Shown in pieces: positions 32,376 through 44,510 of a DNA stretch of 64,000 bases. The position numbers were made by a program, and so were the translations under genes. Each line of letters begins with the position of its first letter. Positions within the stretch are counted from its first letter, which is position 1. The notes below the pieces were generated by a model, which worked only from the letters and a program-made list of their open reading frames with translations, was not told the origin of the DNA and searched no databases. Source of the stretch: an uncultured delta proteobacterium (GTDB lineage: Bacteria; Desulfobacterota; Zymogenia; Zymogenales; Zymogenaceae); NCBI GenBank assembly GCA_963735595.1, contig CAVTLK010000004.1, positions 192,001 to 256,000 on the forward strand, read 5' to 3'.

Positions 32376-34095
32376 CTATTTCTTCTCTTTTGCCATCTTT
32401 TCCACTTCCATCTGCCTGAGCTCCTTTCTGAGGATCTTGCCAACGGCGCTCTTGGGCAGGCTCGGGACGAACTCGATGATCCTGGGCACCTTGTAGGCGG
32501 CCAGCTTCTGCTTGCAGAACGAGATGATCTCGTCTTCCGTCGCGGTCTGGCCCTCCTTGAGGACGACAAAGGCCTTGACGTTCTCTCCGCGGTAAGGGTC
32601 GGGGACGCCAATGGCGCAGCCCTCGGCCACCTTCGGGTGCTCGAAGAGTACCTCGTCGATATCGCGCGGGTAGATGTTATAGCCGCCGGCGATGATCATA
32701 TCCTTCTTGCGGTCGACGATGGAAATGTAGCCTTCCTCGTCCATGATGCCGATGTCGCCCGTATAGAGCCAGCCGTCCTTGATGGCGAGCTTGGTTTCCT
32801 CGGGCTTTTTGTAGTAGCCCTTGGTGACCTGGGGCCCCTTGACAATGACCTCACCCGGCTCTCCGAACTTCATCTCCTTCTTACCGGTGTCCAGATCGAC
32901 GATCTTCACGTCGGTATCCGGGATCGGCAGCCCGATGCTTCCGACCTTGGTCTTGCCCCCGAAGGGGTTAATCGTGGCGGCCGGAGATGTTTCCGAGAGG
33001 CCGTAGGCCTCGCAGATCTGGGCTCCGGTCGTCGATTCGAACTCCTTGATCGTTTCCATGGCCAGCGGCGCCGCGCCGGAGAAGCATCCCTTGAGGGTGG
33101 AGAGGTTATATTTCTTTATGTCCGGGTGCCTGAGCATGCCGACGAACATCGTGGGGACCGCCGCCATAAACGTCGGCTTGTATTGGTTTATGGCCTCTAA
33201 AATCGCCAGCGGTTCCGGGCGCGGGACCAGGATGACGTTCCATCCCATATACATGGAAAGGTTCATTACGGCGGTCATCCCAAAGGAGTGAAAGAAGGGC
33301 AGGATCCCCATCTGGATCTCCTTTCCCCTTTCAAAGGACGGAAACCAGGACCGGATCTGCTGGAGGTTGCAGGAGAGATTGGACTGGGTCAGCATGACGC
33401 CTTTCGAGACGCCGGTGGTGCCCCCGGTATATTGGAAGGTGGCAAGGTCATCGAAGCCTATCTTGACCTGCGGGGGATTGGGCTTTGTGGACTTGATCAG
33501 GTCGACGAACTCATAGATGTCCGGCGACGGGGCGATCTTGACGAACATCCCCTTCTTGACGTGGGGGAAGAGCTGCTTTTTCGGGAACGGGAGGTAGTCG
33601 TTGATGTGGCAGATGATGATCTTCTTGACCTTTGTCTTCGGCTTGAGCGCGATCATCCGCGGCGCCAGGAGGTCCAGCGTCACGAGATACTCCGACTCGG
33701 AGTCGTTGAGCTGGTGTTCGAGCTCTCGATCGGTGTAGAGGGGATTGTTAAGGACGAGGCTTGCCCCCGCGGTCATGGCCCCGTAATAGGCGATGACCAT
33801 CTGGGGGATATTGGGAAGCAGCGTGGCTACGCGGCTCCCCTTCTTGACGCCGAGGTCTGCCATTGCCGTCGCGAAGCGGTCCACCATATCACCGAGCTGG
33901 GCGAAGGTGATGACCTTTCCCAGGTACGTGAGGGCCTTGTGTATCGGGAAATTCCGCAACGGTTTTGCGAAATCCATCGGGCAGCGAGACTTTCTGGTAA
34001 TCAATAGTCCGGGGAACGCCTTTTGGGTAGAATTTAAACCAGGGTTTGTCGACGGTCTTCTTTGTTGTTTTGTTCTGACTTGCCTTTTGCGCCAT
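32376..34095 (-). CDS. fadD: Long-chain-fatty-acid--CoA ligase, copy 2 (indel near the 5' end)
   Basis: AAGGAGG RBS before MAQKASQNK; motifs [24 protein letters not shown] and LPKSAVGK. Confidence 0.93.
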
Positions 34096-34342
34096 GTTTA
34101 TCCTCCTTAAAGTATTAAATAATAGATAAAAATGGATCGTCATGTAAAGAACGAACGGAGTCACCATACGGCGGCGGGCATCGCCGGGGTATCAACCCGA
34201 AAAGTAAATCGGAAAAGAAACGGTCCTGTTTTGTGAATCAACCGGTCGCGATTACCGTAGCGGCCCGGGACTTTTTTACGGGAAATCCCGGTCGAAGTCG
34301 TTAATGCTCAGGGCCGATGAGGGTCAGATTACAGCGCAAAGG

Positions 34343-34842
34343 TTACTCGAATGAGATTGCCTTCATATGATATCTTCAGGTCGCCCGGTATTGTCTTCTT
34401 GAGGATATTAAAGGCATTCTTGTTCTCGTCGAGAATCAGTGCGGTCATTTCGGCGTATTTGTTTTCCTTGGCTATCTTGACGATGTAGCGAAACAAGGTC
34501 GGTGCCCAGCCCTTTGCCCTGCCACTCGTCCCGGACGGTCTCGGCGAGTTCGAGGCACTTTTCGTTATCGTCCCAATCGTAACGGGCCGCGCCCACTATC
34601 GCGTCCTGGTAGATCGCCACGATAACCATCGATTTTTCGTAATCGACGGTGGCGAATTTCTGAACGCGGTCGGTGCGGGCCTCCTTTTTCGGAATGAAGA
34701 ACCGCAGGTACTTCGTCCGTTCCGAGAGACTGTCGTAGAAATCCTTGACCAATCCCGTATCGGCGGGCAAGACCGGGCGGAGAAAAAGTTCTCTTCCGTC
34801 CTTCATGGTGAGGTACGTTTCGTATTTTTTCGGGTACTCCAC
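34343..34842 (-). CDS. Stand-alone GNAT acetyltransferase resembling the Pat GNAT domain (indel near 34495)
   Basis: LRPVLPAD, SLSERTKYLRFF, IVGAARY and VRDEWQGKGLGT (acetyl-CoA motif A); ENKN in the shifted frame, stop TAA at 34343. Confidence 0.85.
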
Positions 34843-35058
34843 GTTCCCGTCTCCTCGTCATGGATGGTAACGGATTATGGTCTGTTTTATAGTACATTTT
34901 GTATAATTGTAAACAGTTTTTCTGATCGGTGCCCGTGGGGAACGAAACATAGAACGGAGCGCGGCGCGGATAGCCGTGATCTAAATTAAATTGACACGCG
35001 ACTCTCGGTGAGCTATATATATAGAATAAATTACCGATATGAGGAGGTTACCAAGAAC

Positions 35059-35450
35059 ATGTCCAAGAAACTCGTTATTCTATCGCAGTGATGGTGGCAC
35101 TGCCGGCCGCCGTCTTATTTGTCTCGGCCTGCACGCCGTCAGGCCCGGCGGGTCCTTCGCTTGCTGTCGACAAGAGCGTCTACGCCCCGGGGAGACGATC
35201 ACCGTCACCTTCGCGGCGCCGGCGGGTCTGCCGCACGAACGCCTGGGTGGGGATTATCCCTTCCAACGTGCCCCACGGAGACGAGGCCCAGAACGACAGC
35301 TATGACCTCACCTACCAGTACCTCAACGGCATGACTTCGGGCATGCTCGTCTTTTCGGCACCCACGGTGCCGGGTTCGTACGATTTCAGAATGCACGACA
35401 CGGATAGTAACGGCAAGGAAATCGCATCGGTAACCTTTACGGTTCAGTAG
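35059..35450 (+). CDS. Small lipoprotein with an Ig-like beta domain (indels)
   Basis: GAGGAGG RBS; lipobox VSAC; AWVGIIPS and APTVPGSYDFRMHD. Confidence 0.7.
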
Positions 35451-35461
35451 TTGTTGTCTAC

Positions 35462-35497
35462 ACCCGGGGACGAATATCGTTCATCCCCGGGTTTTTT
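35462..35497 (+). terminator. Rho-independent terminator
   Basis: ACCCGGGGACGAA...TTCATCCCCGGGT followed by a T run. Confidence 0.8.
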
Positions 35498-35609
35498 CAC
35501 CCGCATAGCCCCCTTGCCCCCGAGACGCCCCCCCGCTTGAGATGGTTTTTCCCTGGGCCGAAGAGCTTTTCCTTGCCGATGGTCGGCCAAATTGATATAA
35601 GTAATTTCT

Positions 35610-36779
35610 ATGCAATCAAGACACGGGTCGATTCTTTTTCCCATTTACCTGTCGATGGGGGTCCTGGGGCTTTCCCTCGGACTGACGCTGCCGCTGCTTT
35701 CCCTTTCGATGAAAGCGGCGGGAGCCTCCGCCAGCGGTCGTGGGAACGAGCACCCTGCTGCAGTCGCTGGCTCCTTTCTCGCCTCGATAGTTTCTCCCGT
35801 GGCCATCTTCGTGATCGGTAACAAACGGGTGTTGGCGGCCTCGCTCTTGTTGTGCGGGATCACTATCGGGCTCTATGCCACGGCGGCCGATATCCCTTCC
35901 TTTTTTATCTTTCGGATCTTCAACGGATTTGCCCTCGGGTTCATCTTCGTGGCCACCGAAGCGACCCTGATTGCCGAGAGTCCCCCCGAAAAGAGATCGC
36001 GGATCATGGGGATCTACATGATTTCCCTTTCGGCGGGGGCGGCCGCGGGACCGATGATCGGCTTTCCTCTCTTTGGGATAGGGGCAGCACCTCCCCTATA
36101 TCCTGGCCGCGCTGATATGCGTGGTCTCGCTGGGGGCCGTGTTGTTCCTCGTCCCGGCGGTCTCGATTCCGAAACGTCCCGACGGGGGTCGCCTTTCCGA
36201 TTATGCTCATTCTCATTCCCCTCGGTTCGTCATTTCTCTTCGGGTTCGTCCTCGAAGGGACCCTGTCGCTGATTGCCCTCTACCTCAAGGAGTATCGGGC
36301 TTCGTTCCTTCCAGATGGGGATGGTCGTGACGTCTTTTGACCTGGGCGGAATAGTACTCCTCTACCCGCTCATGAAGTTTGCCGACAGGTTCGGAAAGCT
36401 ACGTTTTATAGCACTGGCATCTTTTGTATGCGGAGTATTCTTTTTCCTGGTGCCGTCTTTTCCGTTCTTTATCATGCTCGCCCTGTTGACGTTTATCAGC
36501 GGCGGCGTGGTCAATGCGATCGTATCCGGTGGGAATGGCCATCGTCGGAGACGAACTGAGTCGAGCCCCATTATCCGCGGGCCACCTCGCTGCTGTCGGC
36601 GGCATTCTACGGCGGGGCAATCCTCGGACCGTTTTGTTTGTCGCAGGCGATGGACCGACTCGGGTATGACTTACCTCTTCTACGTTGCCGGGGCGATGGT
36701 CCTCCTGTTTACGGCTTTGCCCCTTTTTTACGCGTGGGGAGACGGCGGTAATACGGCGGGGAGGCCGGGCTACCGGTAA
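35610..36779 (+). CDS. MFS transporter (indels)
   Basis: Motifs FRIFNGFA, ESPPEKRSRIMG, AAGPMIG and FADRFGK across ORFs 35610, 36121 and 36273. Confidence 0.8.
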
Positions 36780-36808
36780 ACCGCTTCTAGCCGCGCGGGT
36801 CTTCAAGT

Positions 36809-38862
36809 TTATCTGATAACGTCCCGACCGTGGCCGCGTGCCGCTGCTTCTCGATCACGAACAACAACTGGTCTTCCTGCACCGTTTCGTTTAGCTTTGA
36901 TACAGACCTCGGCGATCTGACCGTCGATGGGAGCCAGGATGGCATTTTCCATCTTCATAGCCTCAAGGTTTGCTATTTCCTCGCCCTTACGAACGATGTC
37001 GCCCGCCTTGATGGCGCCGCGTTCGGGATTGCCGATCCTCCAGACATTGCCGTTGATCGGCGCACCCACGTCGGACGGCCTCTTTGCTATTCGGATCTCA
37101 ACTTTCTTCGCCCGCGGCGTAGCCACCGTGTACATACGCGTCCTGTTGTTCACCCGCATCACGACATGTATAAATCCTTCGTGCTCAGCGCCGATCGAGA
37201 CCCGCTCCAGGGAATAGGGTTTGCCCCAGAGATCGAAGTTAACCCGGTCGCCCGGCCGCTTAAGACCTTCGCGCCAGACGTCGGTAGGGAGCACGAACGG
37301 CGCATCGCCGTACCGGTCCCGGAACGCAAAGTACTCCAGCGCGTCTTTCGGGTGCATTAGCCAGAGGACAAATTCCTCGTCGGTGACGTACCTTCCCAGG
37401 TTTTCCGAAAGCTCCTGGCGCAGCTTGTCCAGGTCGTCATTCGGGACCGATTCGAGCGGGGATAGTTCCTTCCGCTTCTCTGATCTTCGACGACCACTCC
37501 TCGCCGAATGCGCTACGATATACCCAGTCCGCCGGCCAGCCGACCGGCAGTCTGCCGTAGTTGCCCAGCAAAAGGCCTTTGAAAGTCTCCAGGCGCATTC
37601 CTGAAGAGCATCAGCAGCTCTTCCTGCTCCTCGCTCGAAAGGGCGGCCAGATCCTGATCCTTCTCTTCGATAAATTTGACCATGAGGGCGAGGATATGCT
37701 TGACTCCCGAGTCCCCGCGCTCCTTGGCATAGCGGTTAATGATCCCGCTGCACGTAACCCAGGTGATCTGGGAGCCCGGGGTGACGTCGAAATATTTCAC
37801 GATCCGGTTGTACAGGGACATGAACTTCAGCACTGCAGGCATAAGGTGCAGGAACTCGCCTCTCTGGGCCTGTTCAAAAGAGCTGGGAAATGCGCCGCCC
37901 GGCATCTTGTGCTGCGTTACCGTGTGATCCAGCCCCTTGAAGGGCGACTCGGCCCAGTCATAATGGCCGATCCATTCGCGCACCTTCTGGACCGCTTCCT
38001 CCGCCTTGGTCCGGTCGAGGTGAACCGGGATGCCCATCTCCTCGAAAGATGGCATGGACGGCGAGAATGGGCGAGTGTCCGTAAAACCGGACCAGCGAAT
38101 CCTCCTGCACGTCGACGATCTGGGCGCCCGCCTGGCCGCGGATAGGAGGGCCGGGATGGCGAGGCCGTCCGTGATGTGCCGGTGGTAATTAATGACCAGG
38201 GTCGGGTATGACTGTTTGATCGCGTCGATCAGGTTCCCGATGCGGGTGACGTCGCCGACACCGGCCATATCCTTAATACAAAGGACAATCTCGTCGACAC
38301 CGCCGCACAGGTCGATGATATCCCTCACCACCGTAAGATAGTACTCGTTCGTCGTCCAGTCGGCGCTCGTAAACGAAATGGTTGGTTCGAACAGCCGGCC
38401 CCGCTTCATCACGACCTCGGCGACACTGCGCATGTTACGCACGTCGTTTAGGAAGGAAAAGCACCTCCATACATCGATGTCCACGTGCGACACGGTGTAC
38501 TCTATCACGTTCTTCGGATAGGGACGGTAGCCGAAAAGGTTGGTCTCGCGGATGAGCGTCTGCAGCAGCACGCTCGGCATGAGCTCGCGGAGCAGCGCGG
38601 TCTCCTCAAACGGGCTCTCCCTACGGTTCATGATGCCCACGTGCCATCGGGCTCCACCGTGGCACTCCGCGCTAAACAGCCCCATCTTTTCGTAATAGGG
38701 GGCCAGGGTCTTGAGGTCATAGATCCGGAGGCGGTTCTTGAAGTCGGACTGTCCCGCATCGCGCATCCCAACTGAGGTCAGGAATACCTTCTTGCTCGCC
38801 CGGAGGGCCGTGATGATCTCATTGGGTGACATGCCCGGTCTGACAATATTCATGTTGGTCAT
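36809..38862 (-). CDS. Pyruvate carboxylase subunit B-like carboxyltransferase with biotinyl domain (indels)
   Basis: Motifs RDAGQS, ECHGGA, IKDMAG, HRH, MPGG, VTPGSQ and LEAMKMEN (biotin lysine). Confidence 0.88.
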
Positions 38863-38957
38863 CGCTTCCTCATGGAGTTCGCGAAGAGAACGGGGTGAGA
38901 GGTAAATAGAAGGCCCTCTTGTTCCTCCCCTTTCCGCGCTACTCCTCATTTATCTCC

Positions 38958-40415
38958 TCACATCCATTTCTGCGGTCCCAGGGCCGATATCTCGGCCACG
39001 TACCGCGCTATTTTCAGAACCTCGTCCTCGCTGCTCTTTTCCCGGAACATGGAGATCAGTTCGTCCATGTGCTCCTCGATAAACCGCGTGGAGAACTCAC
39101 CGGAGATGAACGATGGGTGCCTGATAATGCTGAGCAGGAGCGGCTGCAGCGTTTTGACGCCCTCGACCCGGAGGTTCCTGCCGAGCGATCGGTCCATGAC
39201 CCTGATAGCGTCCCTGCGGTCCGCGCCGGCGGTCATGAGCAGCATAAAGAGCGAATCGTAATACGGAGGAATGTCACCGCCTTCGTATACGCCCGTCGAC
39301 ACGCGCACATTCGGCCCCATAGGGATCTGGAAACGGGTAATCGGGCCGAAGGAAGGGTTGAAGCTCTTCGGGTCCTCTGCGTTGATCCGGGCCTCGAGCG
39401 CCCAGCGGTTCGGACGGATCGCAGACTGCTTGAACGGCAGCTTCTTGCCTACTGCGGTGTCGATCATAATACCCACGATGTCCAGGCCGGTGATTAGCTC
39501 GGTGATACCGTGTTCCACCTGCAGCCGCGTGTTCACCTCGAGGAAGTAGAACTTGCGTGTCGCTGAGTCGAAAATATACTCCACCGTACCGGCCGTGGTG
39601 TAGCCGATCTCGCGCATGAGACGAGTGGCGGTGGAGCAGATCTCGTTTCTCAGATTCACGTCGAGGCTCGGCGACGGAGCCTCCTCGATGATCTTCTGGT
39701 TCCTCCGCTGGAGCGTGCACTCACGTTCATAGAGGTGGACTACATTCCCGTGGCTGTCGGCCACGACCTGGACCTCGATGTGCCGCCCCCGCTCGATATA
39801 TTTCTCTACCAGGATCGTATCGTCGCCAAACGATTTTTCGGCCTCGGACCGTGCGCGGGCAAGGGCCTGCGGAAGCATCTCATTGTTTTCGACCTTGACC
39901 ATGCCCTTCCCGCCGCCGCCCGCCGCGGCCTTGATCATGATAGGATAGTCCACGCCGTCCTCGTTCACCCACGCTTTTATCTGTTCAATATCCGTGACCG
40001 CGTCGATGCCCGGGATGGTCGGCACGTTGGCCTTCCGCGCCAGGGCCTTGGCCTCGATCTTATCACCGAGCATGCGTATCACCCTGGGAGATGGGCCGAT
40101 CCAGACGAGCCCTGCATCAATCACCGTCTGAGCAAAGTCGGCGTTCTCGGCAAGGAAGCCCCAGCCCGGATGGATGGCATCGGCCCCGTTGCGGAGCGCC
40201 GCCGTGATCATCTTTTCCATGTTCAGATAAGACTCTGACGGCGGCGCCTCTCCGATGGGGACTGCTTCGTCGGCCATGAACACGTGATGGGAAAGGCGGT
40301 CGGGGGTACTGTATACGGCGATTGTGGGGATCTTCAGGTCCCTGCACGTATGCATTACCCTGACCGCGGGGACGCCACGGTTTGCGACCAATATCTTGTT
40401 GATCGTCTTTTTCAT
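38958..40415 (-). CDS. Biotin carboxylase subunit (PycA/AccC-like)
   Basis: Motifs ILVANRG, HPGWGFLAEN, GGGGKGM, RECTLQRRNQK, FLEVNTRLQVEH and RINAED. Confidence 0.95.
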   Translation of the reverse strand: MKKTINKILVANRGVPAVRVMHTCRDLKIPTIAVYSTPDRLSHHVFMADEAVPIGEAPPSESYLNMEKMITAALRNGADAIHPGWGFLAENADFAQTVIDAGLVWIGPSPRVIRMLGDKIEAKALARKANVPTIPGIDAVTDIEQIKAWVNEDGVDYPIMIKAAAGGGGKGMVKVENNEMLPQALARARSEAEKSFGDDTILVEKYIERGRHIEVQVVADSHGNVVHLYERECTLQRRNQKIIEEAPSPSLDVNLRNEICSTATRLMREIGYTTAGTVEYIFDSATRKFYFLEVNTRLQVEHGITELITGLDIVGIMIDTAVGKKLPFKQSAIRPNRWALEARINAEDPKSFNPSFGPITRFQIPMGPNVRVSTGVYEGGDIPPYYDSLFMLLMTAGADRRDAIRVMDRSLGRNLRVEGVKTLQPLLLSIIRHPSFISGEFSTRFIEEHMDELISMFREKSSEDEVLKIARYVAEISALGPQKWM

Positions 40416-40919
40416 GACCTGTCTCCTGCGATTCCCGAGTAAAAAAAACCTTTACCTGATAAAGAAGCAAAAAGCATCTTCACCCCGGTAAAGGTCTTGT
40501 CTTCAAATGACGTCGAACAACTGCAGCATCCGGTTATTGGGGTTTTGACGGTACCCGGTCATTCCGGACTGTCTAATAGTATCTGAATCGGGACGGCTTT
40601 GTCAACCCATAAGTATGAGGACTACTGCCCGAGTGGGGCGATCTGTCCGTTCGCAACGGGGGATCATTCGTAGGAGCGGTTGTATCCCAACTGAACGAAC
40701 ACCCCCTTGGCGCGGCAAAAGCCGCAACATTGGCCAGCAATCCCTCATTAGAAAAAGTCTTGCCCGATCCGCCGCCGTTGGGTCGTATTTTAGCCGAGGA
40801 CGAAGCTCGGCAGTAGCGACATCCCGCTCTTCTTGCTCAGCTGCTTGGTGCGTCCCTGTTTACGGTGCCACATCTCTTCCGGGTATTCGTCAGGCCGCGG
40901 CAGGGCGGCACTGCCCCGG

Positions 40920-41748
40920 TCAGCGGATCTTTCTCCGGATCCTGTCGAACTGCGCCGTATTGTTGATGAGCCGTTTGGTCGGCGGGAGCGCGGCTATCTC
41001 GCGCTCAACCGTGGCAATCCTCCCGGACGTCTCGGGGTGAGTGGAGAATAGCTCAGTCAGCAGGCTGGGCTGGCTATCCTCCATCTCCTGGAGCTTTTTC
41101 AGGAAGCTCGAGGTAACCGACGGGATTATAGCCGGCGGCCCGGGAGATGTGCACCGCCCCCCTGTCCGCCTCGCTCTCGGCGGTGCGTCCGTATGACAGC
41201 AGGCCGAACGTGGAAAAGAGATCCCCCGCTATCTGCTGCCACTGGGGGGCGTCGCTGCCCAGGACGAGATTCAGCAGAAACGAGATCCCGTACATCCTGG
41301 TCAGTTGTTTGGTGCCGTCCCGATTTACGGCGTGCGCCATCTCATGGGCAATGACCCCGGCAAGCTCCGCCTCGGTGTCCAGCCGCTTGATCAGGCCGGA
41401 ATTGACGTAGACGTAGCCGCCGGGTATGGTAAAGGCGTTGACTTCGTCGTCTTTGACGACCTTGACCGTCAGCGGGATACCGGCGTTGTTGGGGACGTAT
41501 CGGGCAATCCTGCCGCCGATATCCCTGACGTAGCGCTGTACCTGCCCGTCAGAATAGAGCGGGTGCTCCTTTTCCACCTCGGCCGACATCTCGGAGCCCA
41601 TTGAGATTTCATCCTCGACGGATATGAAGTTGAAATCCCCGAAATCAAACTCCTGAGCGCGGGCGGAAAAGGACGCGATAACCGTCACGGTCAGGATTAC
41701 TACGGCCGACACTATACTGCCGGCTAAGGTTGTCGGGTGTCGTTTCAT
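40920..41748 (-). CDS. Exported M48-family metalloprotease (indel near 41113)
   Basis: Signal peptide; VNAFTIPGG, HEMAH and ESEAD; FSTHP in the shifted frame, ending TGA at 40920. Confidence 0.9.
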
Positions 41749-41773
41749 GGGTTGCTCCTGCGGAAAGGGCTTT

Positions 41774-42892
41774 TCAATAGACGAGGAACGGCAGGTCTTT
41801 CAGGCGTATCAGCTGTTTCACGTCGAAATCATCCCTGGATTCAATCAATGCCGTAAGAAGACCGTGTTTCGCCGTTACCTCCGTAACGGTTAACAGGTCG
41901 GAAAAGGGGACAAGCCGTGAGAGGCTTTTCCCCCGTTTCAACCCCTCGGCGAGGGGCCGGACATCGTTTTCGGCCGAGGTCTCGTCGGGATAGAGTATCA
42001 GGAGCGTCAGCCGCTGGCGTTCCCTGTCGGGTGCGGGGCTGATCGCGAATACGAAGTAGGTATAGGGTGAGAGACGGTACCCGGGCAACCCCCAGTCCTC
42101 GGGACTGCGAATAAACAGAGAATCCTCACCGTAGAGCTCGTCGGTCCTCAGCCCGCGGGAGATGTAGAACGACGATTCCCCCTTGAGCCTTTCGACCAGC
42201 CCCATAACGATCGGGTCTTCGTCCATCGTGCCGACCTCTATCCAATCAATATAATCCTTGAGGAGCCGCTCGGTAGGGGCCGACGCGATGATATCAGGCT
42301 CGACGAAAGTGAGGTTGGCGAACGTCAAAAACAGTCCTCCCTCAGCAGGCGCCTCCGACCACGGCAGGGTGTAGATCTCGCGTCCGCGGTAGTTTTGTGA
42401 CCGATAGCCCGCCTGCGAGAGGCGCGTACGGATCGTGTCGGTATCGAAATCGCCCGAGACGAGCGTCAGTGAATATGAGGAGGTCCGGGCCACAAGGGTA
42501 ACGGAAAAATCGCTCGGGTCAAATCCGAGGGGCGTCTTGTCCGAGACAAGAAACGAATATTCCCCGGCGGAAAAAGTGAAGGGATCAAGCTTCGTAAAAT
42601 AACCAAGCTTGTCTTCCACCGACGATGTGTGATCGACCGCGGCCAGGCCCAATAATTCCCGGGCGACCGTGAGGTTTGAGCATTCGATGGAATCAAAACT
42701 GCGTTTCGGAAGCAGGCCAAAGACCCGCTCCACGTCGCCCCCGGAGTGGCGGCAGCCGAACAGGACGAGCAAGATCATACAGACGGCGGTAATCGTACGG
42801 ACCACGCGCAGAACGGACCCGGGCCGACATCCCCTCCGAGAGACGGGGCGGTGATACCGATACGCCGAGAAGACCTGGTTGCCGCAGTACAT
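41774..42892 (-). CDS. Hypothetical lipoprotein (true start probably downstream of 42892)
   Basis: Intact ORF with a hydrophobic stretch and LFGC lipobox. Confidence 0.65.
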   Translation of the reverse strand: MYCGNQVFSAYRYHRPVSRRGCRPGSVLRVVRTITAVCMILLVLFGCRHSGGDVERVFGLLPKRSFDSIECSNLTVARELLGLAAVDHTSSVEDKLGYFTKLDPFTFSAGEYSFLVSDKTPLGFDPSDFSVTLVARTSSYSLTLVSGDFDTDTIRTRLSQAGYRSQNYRGREIYTLPWSEAPAEGGLFLTFANLTFVEPDIIASAPTERLLKDYIDWIEVGTMDEDPIVMGLVERLKGESSFYISRGLRTDELYGEDSLFIRSPEDWGLPGYRLSPYTYFVFAISPAPDRERQRLTLLILYPDETSAENDVRPLAEGLKRGKSLSRLVPFSDLLTVTEVTAKHGLLTALIESRDDFDVKQLIRLKDLPFLVY

Positions 42893-43110
42893 TACGTCGT
42901 GCCTTCAGGTTAGGATCATGGATTGTCTCTTTTTTTTCGGAGAACAAGACCTGGGAACGGGTACTGACTCATTAAATGGTAACATTGCCCCGGTAACCCG
43001 TCAACACCTATTTTCTTCGATTTCTTACGGGGGGCGTCGGTTTTTTTTTGACAAAGCGCCGCGCGAGGCGATACCATACGGGGAAACCTGGCAGGACGAC
43101 GGCGGCGAAA

Positions 43111-43881
43111 ATGGCGACAATAGCGACAATCGGCTCGATCGAGCGGGTACTGGACGGAAGGGTTGGCAAGGCCATCGCCCGATACGATATGATCAGGCCG
43201 GCAGACCGAATTATGGTGGCGCTTTCGGGGGGAAAGGACAGCTGGTCGCTCCTTTTTACCCTGCGAAGGCTCTCCCAAAAGGCGCCCGTCTCCTATCGGA
43301 TCCTGGCCGTACACGTGGACGCGGGGTACCCCGGCTGCGAGACAGGCCCGATGGAGGATTTCCTTGGCCGCCACGGCTTTGAGTACGAGATTATAAGGAC
43401 GGGCATCTTCGGCCTGATTCCGCAGAAGACTTCACCAAAGGATAATCCCTGCTACTTCTGCTCCCGGATGCGCCGGGGGGCGCTCTATGCCAGGGGCAGG
43501 AGGGGAGACATTACCACGATCGCCCTCGGCCATCATCAGGAAGACCTGATGGAAAGCCTCCTGATGAACCTCTTCTTCGTGGGCCAGATAAGGGCGATGG
43601 GACCCAACTTTGTTACCGAGGACGGAAAAAACAGGGTGATCCGGCCCCTGTGCCTGACCGAGGAGCGGCTCACCTCCCGTTACGCCCGGGCGATGAATTT
43701 TCCCATGATGGGTGGGTGCCCGTTTTACGGGCGCGGTTCAACGAACCGCAGGCGGATGCGCGACCTGATACATCAGGTGGAGCAGGTCTACCCCCGGACC
43801 AAGAAGAGCCTGCTTCGGGCGATGGGAAACGTCGATCCGGTCCACCTCCTGGACAGCCGCCTTACGAGGAAGGACCCATGA
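43111..43881 (+). CDS. ttcA: tRNA 2-thiocytidine biosynthesis protein TtcA family
   Basis: PP-loop SGGKDS; CYFCSRMRRG, IALGHH and VIRPL. Confidence 0.85.
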   Translation: MATIATIGSIERVLDGRVGKAIARYDMIRPADRIMVALSGGKDSWSLLFTLRRLSQKAPVSYRILAVHVDAGYPGCETGPMEDFLGRHGFEYEIIRTGIFGLIPQKTSPKDNPCYFCSRMRRGALYARGRRGDITTIALGHHQEDLMESLLMNLFFVGQIRAMGPNFVTEDGKNRVIRPLCLTEERLTSRYARAMNFPMMGGCPFYGRGSTNRRRMRDLIHQVEQVYPRTKKSLLRAMGNVDPVHLLDSRLTRKDP

Positions 43882-44489
43882 AGACCATAGACGTCATCGG
43901 GGACCCGGCGGCGGGTATCGACGAGGCGGTGGCGGCCCTTCGGGGCGGCGGGGTCATCGTCTACCCCACCGACACCCTGTACGGGTTCGGGGTGGACGCG
44001 CGCAACGGCCGGGCAGTGCGCCGGCTGCGTGAAATCAAGGGGCGATCACGGGGGCTGGTCTTCTCGGTGATGCTGCCCACCGTCGAAGATCTCGTGGCTT
44101 TTGTCACGGTCGATATCGCGCTCGTCGGCGTCCTGAAGGTACTGCCCGGACCCTACACGTTTATATTCCCGTCCAAGGTGAGGCTGCCGGACGGCGTCAT
44201 CGGCAAGGGACGGGGGCTCGGCGTCAGAATCCCGGATCACCCCGTGGCCCTGGCGATTGCCGGAGGATTCGGGGGGCCGGTCATCACCACCAGCGTCAAC
44301 CGGACGGGGGACACTCCGCTCACGGACCCATCGGAGATCAAGACGGCATTCGACCGCGAGGTCGACCTAATGTTGGACGCGGGGCCGATAAGGGGCCACG
44401 CCTCCACGGTCGTCTCGTTCATGGACAGGCGGGCCGAGGTCGTCAGGCACGGCGCCGGGCCGGTCGATTTTCTCGAAAAACTCCTATAA
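43878..44489 (+). CDS. tsaC: Threonylcarbamoyl-AMP synthase (YrdC/Sua5 domain)
   Basis: Motifs YPTDTLYG, IKGR, PGPYT, GVRIPDHP, TTSVN and ASTVV; ATGA overlap with ttcA. Confidence 0.92.
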   Translation: MKTIDVIGDPAAGIDEAVAALRGGGVIVYPTDTLYGFGVDARNGRAVRRLREIKGRSRGLVFSVMLPTVEDLVAFVTVDIALVGVLKVLPGPYTFIFPSKVRLPDGVIGKGRGLGVRIPDHPVALAIAGGFGGPVITTSVNRTGDTPLTDPSEIKTAFDREVDLMLDAGPIRGHASTVVSFMDRRAEVVRHGAGPVDFLEKLL

Positions 44490-44510
44490 TCCTCACCACC
44501 GGGGGTACTG

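Noticed and set aside
40786..40890. Short coding-like minus-strand frame (DEYPEEMWHRKQG...)
   Set aside because: It is too short, has no good start and is not in frame with the M48 gene; at most a remnant.
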